Shown: positions 8,015 through 19,862, counted from the stretch's first letter. The stretch is 50,611 nt of DNA from an uncultured Pseudomonadota bacterium (GCA_937889395.1 CALAOW010000084.1:1-50611), one strand, 5' to 3'. Made by a program: numbers and translations. Notes: generated by a model from the sequence alone, not told the origin.

Positions 8015-9450
8015 TGCCGAGACGATCGCAACTCGGATTGGCTGCCGCCACTTTCGCCGCGCTGACGCTATTTTCGTTTCCGTTGCTCGCACGCGCGCAG
8101 ACCGCCGCGTCGTCGCCGCCGCTGGACAATTCGCTGAACCTCGCGTGGCTGCTGGTCGCGGGGTTCCTGGTGATGTTCATGCAGCTCGGATTCGCAATGG
8201 TGGAGACGGGGTTCACGCGCTCCAAGAACGCGGTCAATACCATGGCGATGAATCTGATCATCTACCCGATTGGCATCATCGGCTTTTGGCTCACCGGCTA
8301 CGGCTTCATGATGGGCGGCGTCGCGCACTGGCCCTCACTTGGCATGGCCGCGATCGGCCATCACGAGCTGTCGATCACGATCGGTGCGCATTCGTATGGA
8401 ATCATCGGCTTCAGCAAGTTCGCGCTGCTCAGCGTCAGTCGCGATCCCGCCAACCTGGGCATGTTTCTATTCTCGCTGGTTTTCATGGACACCGCCGCGA
8501 CCATTCCGACGGGTGCGATGGCGGAGCGATGGAAGTTCAAAGCGTTCTTCATCTACGGACTGTTCATGTCGATGTTCCTGTATCCGTTGTACGGCAACTG
8601 GGTATGGGGCGGAGGATGGCTCTCGCAGCTCGGCGCGAACCTGGGCCTGGGCCACGGCCATCTGGATTTCGCCGGATCGTCGGTCGTGCACATGACGGGC
8701 GGAGTGGCCGGTCTCGCCGGCGCTTACATGGTGGGTCCGCGCATCGGAAAGTTCCGGCGCGACGGCGCCATCGGCGCGTTGCCCGGACATAACCTGCCCA
8801 TGGCCATCAGCGGAACGTTGATTCTCGCGTTCGGATGGTTCGGCTTCAACGCCGGCTCAACGCTCGCCGCATCGGATCCCCGAATCGCGATCATCGCGGT
8901 GAACACCATGCTCGCCTCGGCGGCCGGCGCGCTCGCGGCGCTGCTCTATCTATGGCATCGCTACAACAAACCCGACGTCGCGATCGCCTGCAACGGTCTG
9001 CTCGGCGGACTCGTCGCAATCACTGCCCCGTGCGCATTCGTAACGCCCGCGGCGGCTGTGTTGATTGGCGTGATCGCGGGACTGCTGGTCGTGTGGGCGG
9101 TGCTTGAATTCGAACTGCGCTTTCGAATCGACGATCCCGTCGGCGCGATCGCCGTGCACGGTGCGTGCGGAATATGGGGCGCGCTGGCGCTTGGTCTGTT
9201 TGCCGACGGCACCTACGGCGACGGATGGAACGGTGTCGCGGGTCCCGTGCGCGGCCTGCTCTACGGCGACGCGGGTCAATTTTTCGCCCAGTTGATCGGT
9301 GTCACGGTGAACGTGGTCGTGGTATTCGGCCTTGCGATCCTGTTCTTCAAGATCGTCGAGCGCACGGTGGGCAACCGCGTGCTGGTGGAAGTGGAATGGT
9401 CGGGGCTGGATGCGCTTGAGATGGGAAGCGACGCCTATCCACATTCGTAG
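8011..9450 (+). CDS. amt: Ammonium transporter (Amt family)
   Basis: Start taken at ATG 8011 (MMPRRSQ..., signal peptide ...LLARAQT). AWLLVAGFLVMFMQLGFAMVETGFTRSKN, DFAGSSVVHMTGG and VHGACGIWGALALGLFA are Amt hallmarks. The ATG overlaps the kinase TGA (ATGA). Confidence 0.9.
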   Translation: MMPRRSQLGLAAATFAALTLFSFPLLARAQTAASSPPLDNSLNLAWLLVAGFLVMFMQLGFAMVETGFTRSKNAVNTMAMNLIIYPIGIIGFWLTGYGFMMGGVAHWPSLGMAAIGHHELSITIGAHSYGIIGFSKFALLSVSRDPANLGMFLFSLVFMDTAATIPTGAMAERWKFKAFFIYGLFMSMFLYPLYGNWVWGGGWLSQLGANLGLGHGHLDFAGSSVVHMTGGVAGLAGAYMVGPRIGKFRRDGAIGALPGHNLPMAISGTLILAFGWFGFNAGSTLAASDPRIAIIAVNTMLASAAGALAALLYLWHRYNKPDVAIACNGLLGGLVAITAPCAFVTPAAAVLIGVIAGLLVVWAVLEFELRFRIDDPVGAIAVHGACGIWGALALGLFADGTYGDGWNGVAGPVRGLLYGDAGQFFAQLIGVTVNVVVVFGLAILFFKIVERTVGNRVLVEVEWSGLDALEMGSDAYPHS

Positions 9451-9544
9451 TTGCCCGCCGGCCGCATCCGCGGGCTTCGCGTTGCCAAAATTCCCGCGAT
9501 TTGAAATAGCTCATGTATCCGTAGCTGCATGAGGAGCCATCGCC

Positions 9545-10351
9545 ATGCCATACAGCGACATTCTCTACGACAAGCGCGACGCCGTCGCGACCATCACGCT
9601 CAATCGCCCGCAGGTAATGAACGCCTGCACGATCAAAACTTACGGCGAGATGCTCGACGCGTTGCGCGACGCCGAGGCGGACGACAGCGTGCGCGTGGTG
9701 GTGCTGACGGGCGCGGGGCGCGGGTTTTGCGCGGGTGACGACGTCAAGGAAATTTTTCTCAATCCCGAGTTTCGCGACGCCAAGCCCGCCCAGCGCACTC
9801 TGGTCGAGGAATGGCGCGAGCATCGTCCCGTCGCGCTCGATTTGCTCGTCACCTATCCCAAGCCAACCATCGCGTCTGTCAATGGCGCCGCCGTCGGCTA
9901 CGGGTGCGACATCGCGCTGATGTGCGACATGCGCGTGTGCTCCGACCAGGCTCGCTTCGGCGAGGTTTTCGTTCGACGCGGATTGATTCCCGAGGCGGGC
10001 GGATTGCTCGTGCTGCCCCGCCTGGTCGGACTCGCACGCGCGTACGAACTGATCCTGAGCGGCGACATCATCGACGCCGCCGAAGCCGAGCGAATCGGGA
10101 TGGTGAACAAGGTCGTGCCGCACGCGCAGCTCGGCGAAGCGACCGCGGCGTTCGCGAAAAAGATCGCGGCGCAGGCGCCGCTCGCGCAGCGGCTGGCCAA
10201 GGAGACCCTGCGCGTCGGGCTGAATCTTAATCTGCCGTATTTTTTCGACTACCAGCGCCACGGGCAGCACCTGATGCTCACGTCGAAGGATCATCTCGAG
10301 GGCGCGAAGTCGTTCGTCGAAAAGCGCGCCGCGAACTTCAAGGGCGAGTAG
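9545..10351 (+). CDS. Enoyl-CoA hydratase/isomerase (crotonase) family protein
   Basis: ITLNRPQVMNA...VVVLTGAGRGFCAGDD...KPTIASVNGAAVGYGCDIALMCD. RBS GAGGAG lies upstream. Confidence 0.85.
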   Translation: MPYSDILYDKRDAVATITLNRPQVMNACTIKTYGEMLDALRDAEADDSVRVVVLTGAGRGFCAGDDVKEIFLNPEFRDAKPAQRTLVEEWREHRPVALDLLVTYPKPTIASVNGAAVGYGCDIALMCDMRVCSDQARFGEVFVRRGLIPEAGGLLVLPRLVGLARAYELILSGDIIDAAEAERIGMVNKVVPHAQLGEATAAFAKKIAAQAPLAQRLAKETLRVGLNLNLPYFFDYQRHGQHLMLTSKDHLEGAKSFVEKRAANFKGE

Positions 10352-10529
10352 CGCGGGCCAAGAAATCGGCTTCGGAGCAAGCGGCGCGTTACCTGAGCGA
10401 TCGCGCTTGCACCCCAACAATCGCAGTATAGGTGAGCGGCAATCACTCGTTTAGACCTACATTTCGTCGGCGCGCATCATATTGGCCTGCACAAATTCAT
10501 CTTTTACTGAGTCAAATCCTTATAAACAC

Positions 10530-10558
10530 TTGACATGATTCCACTTTTCGCCTATCTT
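10530..10558 (+). promoter_or_regulatory. Sigma-70-like promoter for lrp-gltBD
   Basis: TTGACA (10530-10535), a 17-nt spacer, then TATCTT (10553-10558). Sits in an AT-richer intergenic region, 27 nt upstream of the ATG at 10585. Confidence 0.5.
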
Positions 10559-10584
10559 CATCGCCACTCGACGAGGATAACCTT

Positions 10585-11148
10585 ATGAAATTCGGCGGAG
10601 ATTCCCCCGAACTCGACGCCATTGACCTGCAGATTATCGGCCTCCTGCAGGAACACGGCCGCATTCCGCTCGTCAAGCTCGGAGAGCAAGTCGGGCTTTC
10701 GGCGCCGTCGGTCAACGAACGCGTCAAAAAACTCGAAGACGGCGGAGTTATCACCGGCTATCACGCCGCCGTCGATGCGACCCGCCTCGGCAAGGACGTC
10801 ACCGCGTTTATCGGCGTGTCGATTTCGCATCCGAAAACAATCTCGCTGTTCAAGGAATCCGTCGCACTGCTCGACGACGTGCTCGAATGCCACCACGTCA
10901 CCGGTCAGCACACGCTTCTGCTGAAAATCAAAACCGACAACACTTCGTCGCTCGAGCGGCTTATCAGTGCGATCCGCTCGATCGAGGGAGTGGCGCGGAC
11001 GGAGACGATGGTGGTGCTGTCGACGCATACCGAGCGCGGCTTGATTTCGGTTCATCCCAACGACGATTCGCACGAGCCTGCCAACGGCAGGCGCCATCGC
11101 CACGGCGCCGCGAGACCTGCGCCCGCGGAACCGAGACGGGTGTCATGA
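10585..11148 (+). CDS. Lrp/AsnC family transcriptional regulator
   Basis: [55 protein letters not shown] followed by a RAM-like domain, with a roughly 35-aa basic C-terminal extension. The stop overlaps the gltB ATG. Confidence 0.85.
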   Translation: MKFGGDSPELDAIDLQIIGLLQEHGRIPLVKLGEQVGLSAPSVNERVKKLEDGGVITGYHAAVDATRLGKDVTAFIGVSISHPKTISLFKESVALLDDVLECHHVTGQHTLLLKIKTDNTSSLERLISAIRSIEGVARTETMVVLSTHTERGLISVHPNDDSHEPANGRRHRHGAARPAPAEPRRVS

Positions 11149-14100
11149 TGCACAACTACCGAAGCATTCCGAAGGCACAGGGCCTCTACGATCCCGCCCA
11201 TGAGCGCGACGCGTGCGGGGTCGGCTTCGTCGTCAACATAAAGGGCGAGCGCTCGCATGACATTGTGGCTAAAGCGCTGCAGGTGCTCGACAACCTGACC
11301 CATCGCGGCGCGTGCGGATGCGATCCGCGCACGGGAGACGGCGCTGGAATCCTGCTGCAGATTCCGCACGAGTTTTTCTCGAGCGAAGCGGCTCGGCTCG
11401 GCTTCGAACTGCCCGCGCCCGGCCAATACGGCGTGGGCCAGGTTTTCCTGCCGCTCGACCCGGTCAAGCGCAAAGACTGCGAGGACGCGTTCGAGAGAAT
11501 CGTCAACGATGAAGGTCAGCGTCTGCTCGGATGGCGCGACGTGCCGGTGGTCGAATCCGCGTGCGGCGATATCGCGCGGCGCGGGATGCCCGCAATCCGC
11601 CAGGTCTTCATCGCGCGCAGCCCGGACTTGCCCGATGCCGAGGCGCTCGAGCGCAAGCTGTACGTAATTCGCAAGCGCGCCACTTCAGAGGCGGGAAAAC
11701 TCGGCCTCTTCGATCCGGAACTGTTTTATTTTTGCAGCCTCTCGGCGCTGACCGTCGTTTATAAGGGTCAGCTCATCTCGACGCAAATCCCGCAGTTCTT
11801 CCCCGATTTGCTAAATCGCGCCATCAAGACCGCGCTCGCGATGGTCCATCAGCGCTTCTCGACCAACACCTTTCCGAGCTGGGACCGGGCCCATCCCTAC
11901 CGCTTCATGTCGCACAACGGCGAGATCAACACGCTGCGCGGCAATATCAACTGGATGCACGCGCGCGAGAAGCTTTTCTCTTCACCGCTGTTCGGCGACG
12001 ACATCAAGAAGCTGTTGCCGATCGTCGAGCCCAACGGCAGCGACTCCGCAACCTTCGACAATTGTCTCGAACTGCTGGTTCGCACCGGTCGTTCGATCCC
12101 GCACGCCGTGATGATGATGATTCCTGAAGCGTGGCAGAACGACCCGCAGATGAGCGACGGCAAGCGCGCTTTCTACCGCTTTCATTCCTGCATGATGGAA
12201 CCGTGGGACGGCCCCGCGTCGATCGCGTTCACTGACGGTATCAGAATCGGTGCGGTGCTCGATCGCAACGGCCTTCGTCCGTCGCGCTACACAGTGACCA
12301 AGGACGGATTGGTCGTGATGGCGTCCGAGACCGGCGTCCTCGATATCGCGCCGCACAACGTCGCGCTCAAAGGGCGGCTGCAGCCGGGCCGAATGTTTCT
12401 CGTCGATACCTCGCTGGGCCGAATCGTGCAGGACGAGGAAATCAAGAATTCGATGGCGGCGCGACAGCCGTATCGCACCTGGCTCGACGCCAATCTCGTC
12501 GCACTCGAGTCGCTCCCCGAGCCGAACGACAACGACACGCCTCCCGCTGACTGCTTCGAACACCACGAGCTGCTCAAGCTGCAGCAATCGTTTGGCTATA
12601 CGATCGAGGATCTCAAAATGATCCTCGCGCCAATGGCTACCAACGGCCAGGAGCCGGTCGGCTCGATGGGCACCGACACTCCGCTCGCCGTCCTCTCGAA
12701 CAGACCCCAGCCGCTTTACAACTACTTCAAGCAATTGTTCGCGCAGGTGACCAATCCGCCGATCGATCCGATTCGCGAGGAACTGGTGACCTCGACCGAA
12801 ACGACAATCGGCGCCGAGGATAATCTGTTCGAAGAATCGCCGCTCCATTGCCGCCAGCTTCAACTCAAGCGGCCCATTCTCACCAACCAGGAACTTCAAA
12901 GGATCAAACGGCTGGCCGTCGACGGCCTGCGCACCGTCACGCTTCCCACGCTCTACCGCGTTGACGACGGCGAAGGCGGGCTTCGCGCCGCGCTCGACGC
13001 GCTTTGCCGCGCCGCTTCTGACGCGATCGAATCCGGCTACACGATAATCGTGCTTTCGGATCGTGGCGTAAACGCGGACTACGCCGCCATTCCGGCTCTG
13101 CTCGCGACCGGAGCCGTGCATCATCATCTGATTCGCGAAGGGACGCGCACCCGGGCCGGCCTCGTCGTCGAGTCGGGAGAACCGCGCGAGGCGATGCATT
13201 TCTGCCTGCTGGTCGGCTACGGCGCGGGCGCCGTCAATCCATACCTCGCGTACGCGACGATGGCGGGGATGATTCGCGACGGCCAGCTCCGGGACATCGA
13301 CCAAGATACCGCCGTCCACAACTTCATCAAGGCCGTCTCCAAGAGCATTACGAAAGTCGCGTCCAAGATGGGAATCTCGACGACGCAGAGTTACCGCGGC
13401 GCGCAGATCTTCGAGGCGATCGGATTGGCGAAGGACGTGATCGACAAGTACTTCAGCTGGACGCCGTCGCGCGTCGCCGGCATCGGCCTCGACGCGATCG
13501 CGCGCGAGACCGCCGCGCGCCATACCTATGCGTTCAAGGTGGCCGCGAACCTCGACGGCGATCTCGATGTCGGCGGCCAGTACCAGTGGCGCCGCGCCGG
13601 CGAGTTCCACATGTACAACCCGAACACGATCGCCAGGCTGCAGCATTCCGTGCGCTCGGGAAATTACCGGCTGTTTAAGGATTACACCAGGGCGGTTGAC
13701 GAGCAGAGTCGCTCACTCACCACGCTTCGCTCGCTGTTCAAGTTCAATTCCGATCGGCCGCCCGTGCCGCTCGAGGAAGTCGAGCCGGCCGCCGAGATCG
13801 TCAAGCGCTTCAAAACCGGCGCGATGTCGTTCGGATCGATCAGCAAAGAGGCGCACGAAAACCTCGCCATCGCCATGAACCGGATAGGCGGCAAGAGCAA
13901 CACCGGCGAGGGCGGCGAGGACCCGGCGCGCTTCGTGCCCGATGCCAACGGCGATTGGCGCCGCAGCGCGATCAAACAGGTGGCCTCGGGACGCTTCGGC
14001 GTTACCAGTCATTACCTGGTCAACGCCGATGAACTCCAAATCAAGATGGCGCAGGGCGCCAAGCCCGGCGAGGGCGGTCAGCTTCCCGGTCACAAGATTG

Positions 14101-15710
14101 ACGATTTCATCGCGAAGATTCGCTACTCGACACCCGGCGTGGGATTGATCTCTCCGCCCCCGCATCACGACATCTATTCGATCGAAGATCTCGCGCAGCT
14201 GATCCACGATCTCAAAAATTCCAACAATCGCGCGCGCATCGGTGTCAAGCTGGTCGCCGAGGTCGGCGTCGGCACCATCGCCGCGGGCGTTGCAAAGGCC
14301 AAAGCCGACGTCGTGCTGATTAGCGGTTACGACGGCGGCACCGGCGCGTCTCCCCTGCAATCGATCAAGCACGCGGGAGTTCCGTGGGAGCTGGGACTCG
14401 CCGAGACCCAGCAAACCCTGGTGATGAACGGTCTGCGTGGACGCATTCGCGTCGAGACCGACGGCCAGCTCAAGACCGGCCGCGACGTCGCCATCGCCGC
14501 TCTCCTCGGCGCCGAGGAATTCGGTTTCGCCAGCGCCGCGCTGGTCGCCTCGGGATGCATCATGATGCGCGTCTGCCATCTCAACACCTGCCCGGTCGGC
14601 ATCGCGACGCAGGATCCGGTGCTCCGCGCGAAGTTCGCAGGCAAGCCCGAGCACGTCGTGAACTTCATGATGTTCGTCGCGGACGAACTGCGCGAATACA
14701 TGGCGCAGTTGGGCTTCCGCACCGTTGCCGAAATGGTTGGCCACGTCGAATGCCTGGACGCCAATGAAGCGATCGCGCATTGGAAGGCGCGCAACGTCGA
14801 TCTGGCCAATATTCTGCGTCGTCCGGACGCCGGGCCGGACGAACCGCTGCATTGTGTCGAGCTGCAGGATCACGGTCTCGGCGCCGCGCTCGACAACCAG
14901 ATCATCGAGCTTGCAAAAGACGCGCTCGAGCATCGCAAGCCGGTCGAAATCCATCTTCCCATTCGCAACGTGAACCGTACCGTCGGCACGATGCTGTCGG
15001 CGGAAGTGTCGCGGCGCTTCGGCGCGGAGGGACTGCCGCCCTACACGGTTCAGATTCATCTCAAAGGTTCGGCCGGCCAGAGTTTGGGCGCGTGGCTCGC
15101 GCCGGGAATCGCGCTCCATCTCGAGGGCGACGCGAACGACTACTGCGGCAAGGGACTCTCGGGCGGATTTATCTCGGTGCGTCCGCCCCAAGAAGCGACC
15201 TTCAAGGCCGAGGACAACATCATTGTCGGCAACGTCTCGCTCTATGGCGCCACCGGCGGCGAAGCGTTCTTCCGCGGCGTAGCCGGCGAGCGATTCGCGG
15301 TGCGTAACAGCGGTGCGCACGCGGTCGTCGAGGGAGTCGGCGACCATGGATGCGAGTACATGACGCGCGGGTTGGTCGTGGTTCTAGGCAAGACCGGCCG
15401 CAACTTCGCGGCCGGCATGAGCGGCGGTGTGGCGTATGTGCTTGACGAAGACGGCTCGTTTCCGTCGCGCTGCAACACCGGGATGGTCGAGTTGGGTCCA
15501 ATCGGCAATCGCGACGAACTCAAGCAGTTGCACGCGCTGATCGTACGGCACTTGCAGTACACGCAGAGCACGGTCGCACGGCGCGTCCTCGACAAGTGGG
15601 ACGACTACGCTGCGAAGTTTGTAAAAGTATTGCCGACTGAGTACCGTATGGTGCTCGAACGGCAGCATCTCAACATGAATTCCGATCTCGCGCGGCTGGC
15701 CGCAGTTTAG
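11145..15710 (+). CDS. gltB: Glutamate synthase large subunit
   Basis: Start taken at ATG 11145 ([30 protein letters not shown], with the Ntn amidotransferase Cys). Contains FMN and GXGXG-domain motifs; 1521 aa. The upstream ORF extension overlaps lrp. Confidence 0.95.
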   Translation: MMHNYRSIPKAQGLYDPAHERDACGVGFVVNIKGERSHDIVAKALQVLDNLTHRGACGCDPRTGDGAGILLQIPHEFFSSEAARLGFELPAPGQYGVGQVFLPLDPVKRKDCEDAFERIVNDEGQRLLGWRDVPVVESACGDIARRGMPAIRQVFIARSPDLPDAEALERKLYVIRKRATSEAGKLGLFDPELFYFCSLSALTVVYKGQLISTQIPQFFPDLLNRAIKTALAMVHQRFSTNTFPSWDRAHPYRFMSHNGEINTLRGNINWMHAREKLFSSPLFGDDIKKLLPIVEPNGSDSATFDNCLELLVRTGRSIPHAVMMMIPEAWQNDPQMSDGKRAFYRFHSCMMEPWDGPASIAFTDGIRIGAVLDRNGLRPSRYTVTKDGLVVMASETGVLDIAPHNVALKGRLQPGRMFLVDTSLGRIVQDEEIKNSMAARQPYRTWLDANLVALESLPEPNDNDTPPADCFEHHELLKLQQSFGYTIEDLKMILAPMATNGQEPVGSMGTDTPLAVLSNRPQPLYNYFKQLFAQVTNPPIDPIREELVTSTETTIGAEDNLFEESPLHCRQLQLKRPILTNQELQRIKRLAVDGLRTVTLPTLYRVDDGEGGLRAALDALCRAASDAIESGYTIIVLSDRGVNADYAAIPALLATGAVHHHLIREGTRTRAGLVVESGEPREAMHFCLLVGYGAGAVNPYLAYATMAGMIRDGQLRDIDQDTAVHNFIKAVSKSITKVASKMGISTTQSYRGAQIFEAIGLAKDVIDKYFSWTPSRVAGIGLDAIARETAARHTYAFKVAANLDGDLDVGGQYQWRRAGEFHMYNPNTIARLQHSVRSGNYRLFKDYTRAVDEQSRSLTTLRSLFKFNSDRPPVPLEEVEPAAEIVKRFKTGAMSFGSISKEAHENLAIAMNRIGGKSNTGEGGEDPARFVPDANGDWRRSAIKQVASGRFGVTSHYLVNADELQIKMAQGAKPGEGGQLPGHKIDDFIAKIRYSTPGVGLISPPPHHDIYSIEDLAQLIHDLKNSNNRARIGVKLVAEVGVGTIAAGVAKAKADVVLISGYDGGTGASPLQSIKHAGVPWELGLAETQQTLVMNGLRGRIRVETDGQLKTGRDVAIAALLGAEEFGFASAALVASGCIMMRVCHLNTCPVGIATQDPVLRAKFAGKPEHVVNFMMFVADELREYMAQLGFRTVAEMVGHVECLDANEAIAHWKARNVDLANILRRPDAGPDEPLHCVELQDHGLGAALDNQIIELAKDALEHRKPVEIHLPIRNVNRTVGTMLSAEVSRRFGAEGLPPYTVQIHLKGSAGQSLGAWLAPGIALHLEGDANDYCGKGLSGGFISVRPPQEATFKAEDNIIVGNVSLYGATGGEAFFRGVAGERFAVRNSGAHAVVEGVGDHGCEYMTRGLVVVLGKTGRNFAAGMSGGVAYVLDEDGSFPSRCNTGMVELGPIGNRDELKQLHALIVRHLQYTQSTVARRVLDKWDDYAAKFVKVLPTEYRMVLERQHLNMNSDLARLAAV

Positions 15711-15769
15711 CCGAGTGAGTAATCGACTGACTAATCAGAATTGACCTGACTCGGGAGATCACGGCTGCG

Positions 15770-17215
15770 ATGGGCAAGATTACGGGCTTCATGGAGATCA
15801 AGCGCGAAACTCCTTCGCGGCGTCCGATCGGGGAACGCCTGAAGGATTGGCGCGAATTCGATCTCAAGATGCCCGAAGACAAACTGCGCGCGCAGGGCGC
15901 CCGCTGCATGGATTGCGGGATTCCCTTCTGCCACAAGGGCTGCCCGCTCGGGAACATCATCCCCGACTGGAACGATCTCGTTTACCGGGGCCGATGGCGC
16001 GAGGCGATCGAGCGGCTGCACGCGACCAACAACTTTCCGGAGTTCACCGGCAGAGTTTGCCCCGCGCCCTGCGAAGAAGCTTGCGTCCTCGGCATCAACG
16101 ACGATCCTGTCACGATCAAGCTGATCGAGAAGAACATCATCGATCACGCCTGGGGAGAAAAATGGATCGTGCCGCAGCCGCCCGCCCGCAAGTCGGGAAA
16201 GCGCGTTGCGGTCGTGGGCTCGGGACCGTCGGGGCTGGCGTGCGCGCAGCAACTCATGCGCGCGGGACATTCGGTCACGCTCTACGAGCGCTCGGATCGC
16301 GTGGGCGGATTGCTCACTTACGGCATTCCAGACTTCAAGCTGGAAAAGTGGATCGTCAACCGGCGCGTTGAGCAAATGAAGGCCGAGGGCCTCGAGATTG
16401 TCACCAGCTGCCGCGTCGGCTTCGACATCCATGCGGACGAGATGCGCTCGAAGTACGACGCAATCGTGCTCGCGATGGGCGCGACCAAGCCGCGTGACCT
16501 GCCGATCCCGGGACGGGATCTCAAGGGAATCCATTTTGCCATGGAATTCCTGCCGCAACAGAACAAGCGTAACTTCGGCGACGCGCTCGATCCTGCCGCC
16601 GAGATCACTGCGAACGGAAAGCGCGTGGTCATTCTCGGCGGGGGCGATACGGGTTCCGATTGCCTGGGCACCTCAAATCGCCAGGGCGCGATCGTCGTGC
16701 ATCAGTTCGAGCTGCTCCCGATGCCGCCTGAAAAGCGCACCGCCGAAATGCCGTGGCCCGACTGGCCGATGATCATGCGCACCTCGAGCTCGCACGAAGA
16801 GGGCGTGCAGCGCGACTGGAGCGTGAACACGAGCAAGTTCTCCGGCGAAAACGGCATCGTGAAAAAACTCCACGGCGTGCGGCTCAACTGGAAGCATGAC
16901 AACGGGCGGATGGTGATGGAGCAAATTCCGGGCACCGATTTCGAGATCGAGTGCGACCTCGTGCTGCTCGCGCTCGGATTTCTCGGCCCCGAGCCCGACG
17001 GCATAATCTCGGAGCTTGGTGTCAAGCTCGACCCGCGCAGCAACGTGCAGTGCGAGAGTTACATGTCGAGCGTCCCGGGAGTTTTCGCCGCCGGAGACGC
17101 ACATCGCGGGCAATCGCTGGTGGTGTGGGCGATATGGGAAGGGCGCGAAGCGGCGCGCGCGGTCGATGCCTACCTGATGGGCGAGACCTTCCTGCCCTCG
17201 AGTCCTGAACTCTGA
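15770..17215 (+). CDS. gltD: Glutamate synthase small subunit (NADPH)
   Basis: [13 protein letters not shown]..., Fe-S Cys clusters ([18 protein letters not shown]), and the dinucleotide fold [17 protein letters not shown]. Confidence 0.95.
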   Translation: MGKITGFMEIKRETPSRRPIGERLKDWREFDLKMPEDKLRAQGARCMDCGIPFCHKGCPLGNIIPDWNDLVYRGRWREAIERLHATNNFPEFTGRVCPAPCEEACVLGINDDPVTIKLIEKNIIDHAWGEKWIVPQPPARKSGKRVAVVGSGPSGLACAQQLMRAGHSVTLYERSDRVGGLLTYGIPDFKLEKWIVNRRVEQMKAEGLEIVTSCRVGFDIHADEMRSKYDAIVLAMGATKPRDLPIPGRDLKGIHFAMEFLPQQNKRNFGDALDPAAEITANGKRVVILGGGDTGSDCLGTSNRQGAIVVHQFELLPMPPEKRTAEMPWPDWPMIMRTSSSHEEGVQRDWSVNTSKFSGENGIVKKLHGVRLNWKHDNGRMVMEQIPGTDFEIECDLVLLALGFLGPEPDGIISELGVKLDPRSNVQCESYMSSVPGVFAAGDAHRGQSLVVWAIWEGREAARAVDAYLMGETFLPSSPEL

Positions 17216-17292
17216 TCGCTGCATACCGTGAGCGGAGGTGGGTGCGCGAAGTAGCGCTTGATTTCGTGTAGGCTGCCATTCATCGGACAGGA

Positions 17293-18570
17293 TTACTGAG
17301 ACGCCATAGCGAGGAAGTCTGCGAGGTGGACGACCTTGACGTTCGAACCGCGGCGGCTAAGTTCGGCGGCAATCTGAAACTCGCATCCGGGATTCGCCAG
17401 CACGACGTAATCCGCGCCTGTCGCAACAATATTGTCGGCTTTGCGCCGCGCCAAGTCGCGCGCCATTGCGGGCTCGGTCAAATTGTAGGATCCGGCCGAA
17501 CCGCAGCAGAGATCGGACTCCGTCATCTCGACGATCGTCACGCCCGGAATCGAGGCGAGCAATTTGCGCGGCGCTTCGCGCACCCCGAGTCCGTGCACGA
17601 GGTGACAAGCGTCGTGATAAGTGACGCGGCATCGAAATTCGTGCTTCGGACCCGCCGGTGCGTCGAGCAGCAAAGAACTCAGGTCCCGCACTTTCGAGGA
17701 AACCGCGCGCGCAGCCTCAACGAATTGCGGCTCGTCTCTGAGCAAATCACCGTATTCTGCGATTGCCACCGAGCATCCCGACGCGGCCGACACGATCGCA
17801 TCGGCACCGGAGTTCTTCAGCGCGCGAACGTTCGCACGGGCAAAATCGCGGGCTCGCGATCCGTTACCCGAATGCAGATCAAGTGCTCCGCAGCATGAGG
17901 TCGGTTCGAGTTGGACGACGCGATAACCTGCGGCGGCGAGCAGACGCTCACTGTTCAGGTTTTCCGAATTCGCAAGTACTTGCGCGACGCATCCGCGATG
18001 CACGACGACCGTCGGTGCGTCGGTGCGCGGCGCGATGGTTGCTCCCCTGGCGAGCGGGCGCAAGTCGGGTTCAAGCGGCGGAAGAAGATCGAGCCAATCG
18101 TCTATCATGCGCGGCAGCACGGCTCTCAGAGCGGGTCTCAGGCCAAGGCGATCGACAAGCTTCAGCGGCGCGAGCAGCACCCGCAGACGATGCGGGTACG
18201 GGAAAATCGCGCCGACGGCGCGCCGCTTGAATCGATCGACGAAGCCGCGGCGATGATTTTGCTCGACTAATGAACGCGCACCCGCAATCAAGCGGCCGTA
18301 ATGAACGCCGGACGGGCAGGCGGTCTCGCAACCGCGGCATCCGAGGCACAAATCGAAATGGCGCGCCGCGTCGTCGTCGAGGTCGATGCGGCCTTCGGCC
18401 AGCGACTTCATCAAATAGATTCGGCCGCGCGGCGAGTCCATTTCGCATCGCGTTACAACGTAGGTCGGACAAGCCTCGGCGCAGAGCCCGCAATGAACGC
18501 AGTCGAACAGCAGGTCGTAGTCGGAGACGCCGCGAGCCGGATTCAATGGTATCAGGGAGGCCGTGGCCAT
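17293..18570 (-). CDS. glcF: Glycolate oxidase iron-sulfur subunit
   Basis: CVHCGLCAEACPTY and CLGCRGCETACPSGV ferredoxin motifs plus CCG domains. Start taken at the ATG at 18568-18570 (GGAGG upstream), overlapping the glcE TGA by 1 nt. Confidence 0.85.
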   Translation of the reverse strand: MATASLIPLNPARGVSDYDLLFDCVHCGLCAEACPTYVVTRCEMDSPRGRIYLMKSLAEGRIDLDDDAARHFDLCLGCRGCETACPSGVHYGRLIAGARSLVEQNHRRGFVDRFKRRAVGAIFPYPHRLRVLLAPLKLVDRLGLRPALRAVLPRMIDDWLDLLPPLEPDLRPLARGATIAPRTDAPTVVVHRGCVAQVLANSENLNSERLLAAAGYRVVQLEPTSCCGALDLHSGNGSRARDFARANVRALKNSGADAIVSAASGCSVAIAEYGDLLRDEPQFVEAARAVSSKVRDLSSLLLDAPAGPKHEFRCRVTYHDACHLVHGLGVREAPRKLLASIPGVTIVEMTESDLCCGSAGSYNLTEPAMARDLARRKADNIVATGADYVVLANPGCEFQIAAELSRRGSNVKVVHLADFLAMASQ

Positions 18571-19841
18571 CAGATTCCTCCGACGAAGCATCCGGGGTTG
18601 AAGATCCCGACCGGGTCGAAGGCCGCCTTGAGCCGACGCATAAGCGCGAGCGCGCCGGCGTTGGGAGTGTCGAAGAATTCCAGCGAGTCGCGGATCGCCG
18701 GCGCGGCGGCGATCAGCCGAAGATTACCGCGCACCGAGCGCGCAACTTCACGCCACCGCGCGATGGTTTTAGCGAGAGCCTCCGCGCTGTGTTCGCCGGC
18801 CAGGATTATCTGCGCTACGCCGGAGCCGGCGTGAGCGCGAAATTCAATGTCGTTGCCGCAGGTCTCCAGCACTCGTGTGAGAGACGCGGGTGGAACCGCG
18901 ATTTGAGCGGCCAGCGGGGCCGAATGGAAATCGATATCGCGCAGCAGCTCGTAACTGCTTAGAGCGCGATCGCCGTCGAGAATTTCACCGCGCGCGCCGA
19001 CCAGATCGCGAATCCGCCCGGCCTGGTAGCTGACTTCCAACGGACTTCCAGAGAAACCGGCCAGAAGAAGAAACTGACTGGTAGAATTGAAGCCGGCTGC
19101 GAGGGCAGGACTGAGTATATCGAGATTACTCAATGGCAGTGCGTCATTGAGTATGCAAGCGGCGGCGAATGCGTCTGCTGCGCGCGCATAGGGAACGACC
19201 GTGAGACAGTAGTCACATGGAATGGGACGCACTTTGAACGTCGCCTCAGTTACTATTCCAAGTGTACCGAATGCCCCACCCATCAGTTTCATCAAATCAT
19301 AGCCCGCGACGTTTTTGACCACGCGGCCGCCGCCGTGAACGAGGTTGCCGCCGTGACCGACGAAGCGAACTCCGATCAGGAGGTCGCGCGAGGTGCCCTC
19401 GGAAAGGCGAAGCGGTCCGGAGTGCGCGGCGCCGATTAACGAGCCGAGAGTCCTCATCCCGGGGCCGCATGGATCGACGGGGAGCCGCTGGCGGGCGCCC
19501 GCCATGGCAGCATTCAGTTTGCCGACTGTGATTCCCGACTCCGCAACAATTGTCATGTCGTCGGGTTCGTAGGCGACAATTCGCGCCAGCCGCGCCATCG
19601 AGATACCGAGCGCGACGGGCGAGCGCCGAATCCCCGCGAGCGAGCGTGCCGCGCCAATGGGCGCGATCGCAATCCGATCCGCTTCGCACATGCGGACGAT
19701 CTCGCAGATTTCCTCGACGGAAGCGGGCTCGACGATCGTATCTGCGGCGCGCGCCTCAGTATCGGTTCGCGCGCGAACCCGGTCAGCACCGACGATTGAG
19801 TTGAGCCGGTTCGCCAGATTTGAAGATGTAGTGGCAGCCAC
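18570..19841 (-). CDS. glcE: Glycolate oxidase FAD-binding subunit
   Basis: FAD-binding PCMH-type region (IAPIGAARS..., GHGGNLVHGGGRVVKNVAGYDL). Positioned between glcD and glcF. Confidence 0.75.
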   Translation of the reverse strand: MAATTSSNLANRLNSIVGADRVRARTDTEARAADTIVEPASVEEICEIVRMCEADRIAIAPIGAARSLAGIRRSPVALGISMARLARIVAYEPDDMTIVAESGITVGKLNAAMAGARQRLPVDPCGPGMRTLGSLIGAAHSGPLRLSEGTSRDLLIGVRFVGHGGNLVHGGGRVVKNVAGYDLMKLMGGAFGTLGIVTEATFKVRPIPCDYCLTVVPYARAADAFAAACILNDALPLSNLDILSPALAAGFNSTSQFLLLAGFSGSPLEVSYQAGRIRDLVGARGEILDGDRALSSYELLRDIDFHSAPLAAQIAVPPASLTRVLETCGNDIEFRAHAGSGVAQIILAGEHSAEALAKTIARWREVARSVRGNLRLIAAAPAIRDSLEFFDTPNAGALALMRRLKAAFDPVGIFNPGCFVGGI

Positions 19842-19862
19842 GATATCCGTTGGAAGCGGCGA

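Noticed and set aside
10887-11144. Upstream extension of the gltB ORF
   Set aside because: It overlaps the Lrp/AsnC gene in another frame and has Arg-rich junk composition. The conserved GltB N-terminus (..ERDACGVGF) begins shortly after ATG 11145.
11982-15347. Two very long minus-strand ORFs (11982..13646, 554 aa; 13713..15347, 544 aa) antisense to gltB
   Set aside because: Arg/Ala/Gly/Asp-rich with no motifs, and entirely inside a confidently identified 1521-aa gltB. These are typical stop-poor antisense frames of high-GC DNA. The same applies to 1975..3012, 4469..5587, 9347..10420, 24175..25209, 26928..27878, 27944..29278, 28690..30033, 30373..31188, 36197..37489, 37923..39269, 43221..44084 and 46546..47559.
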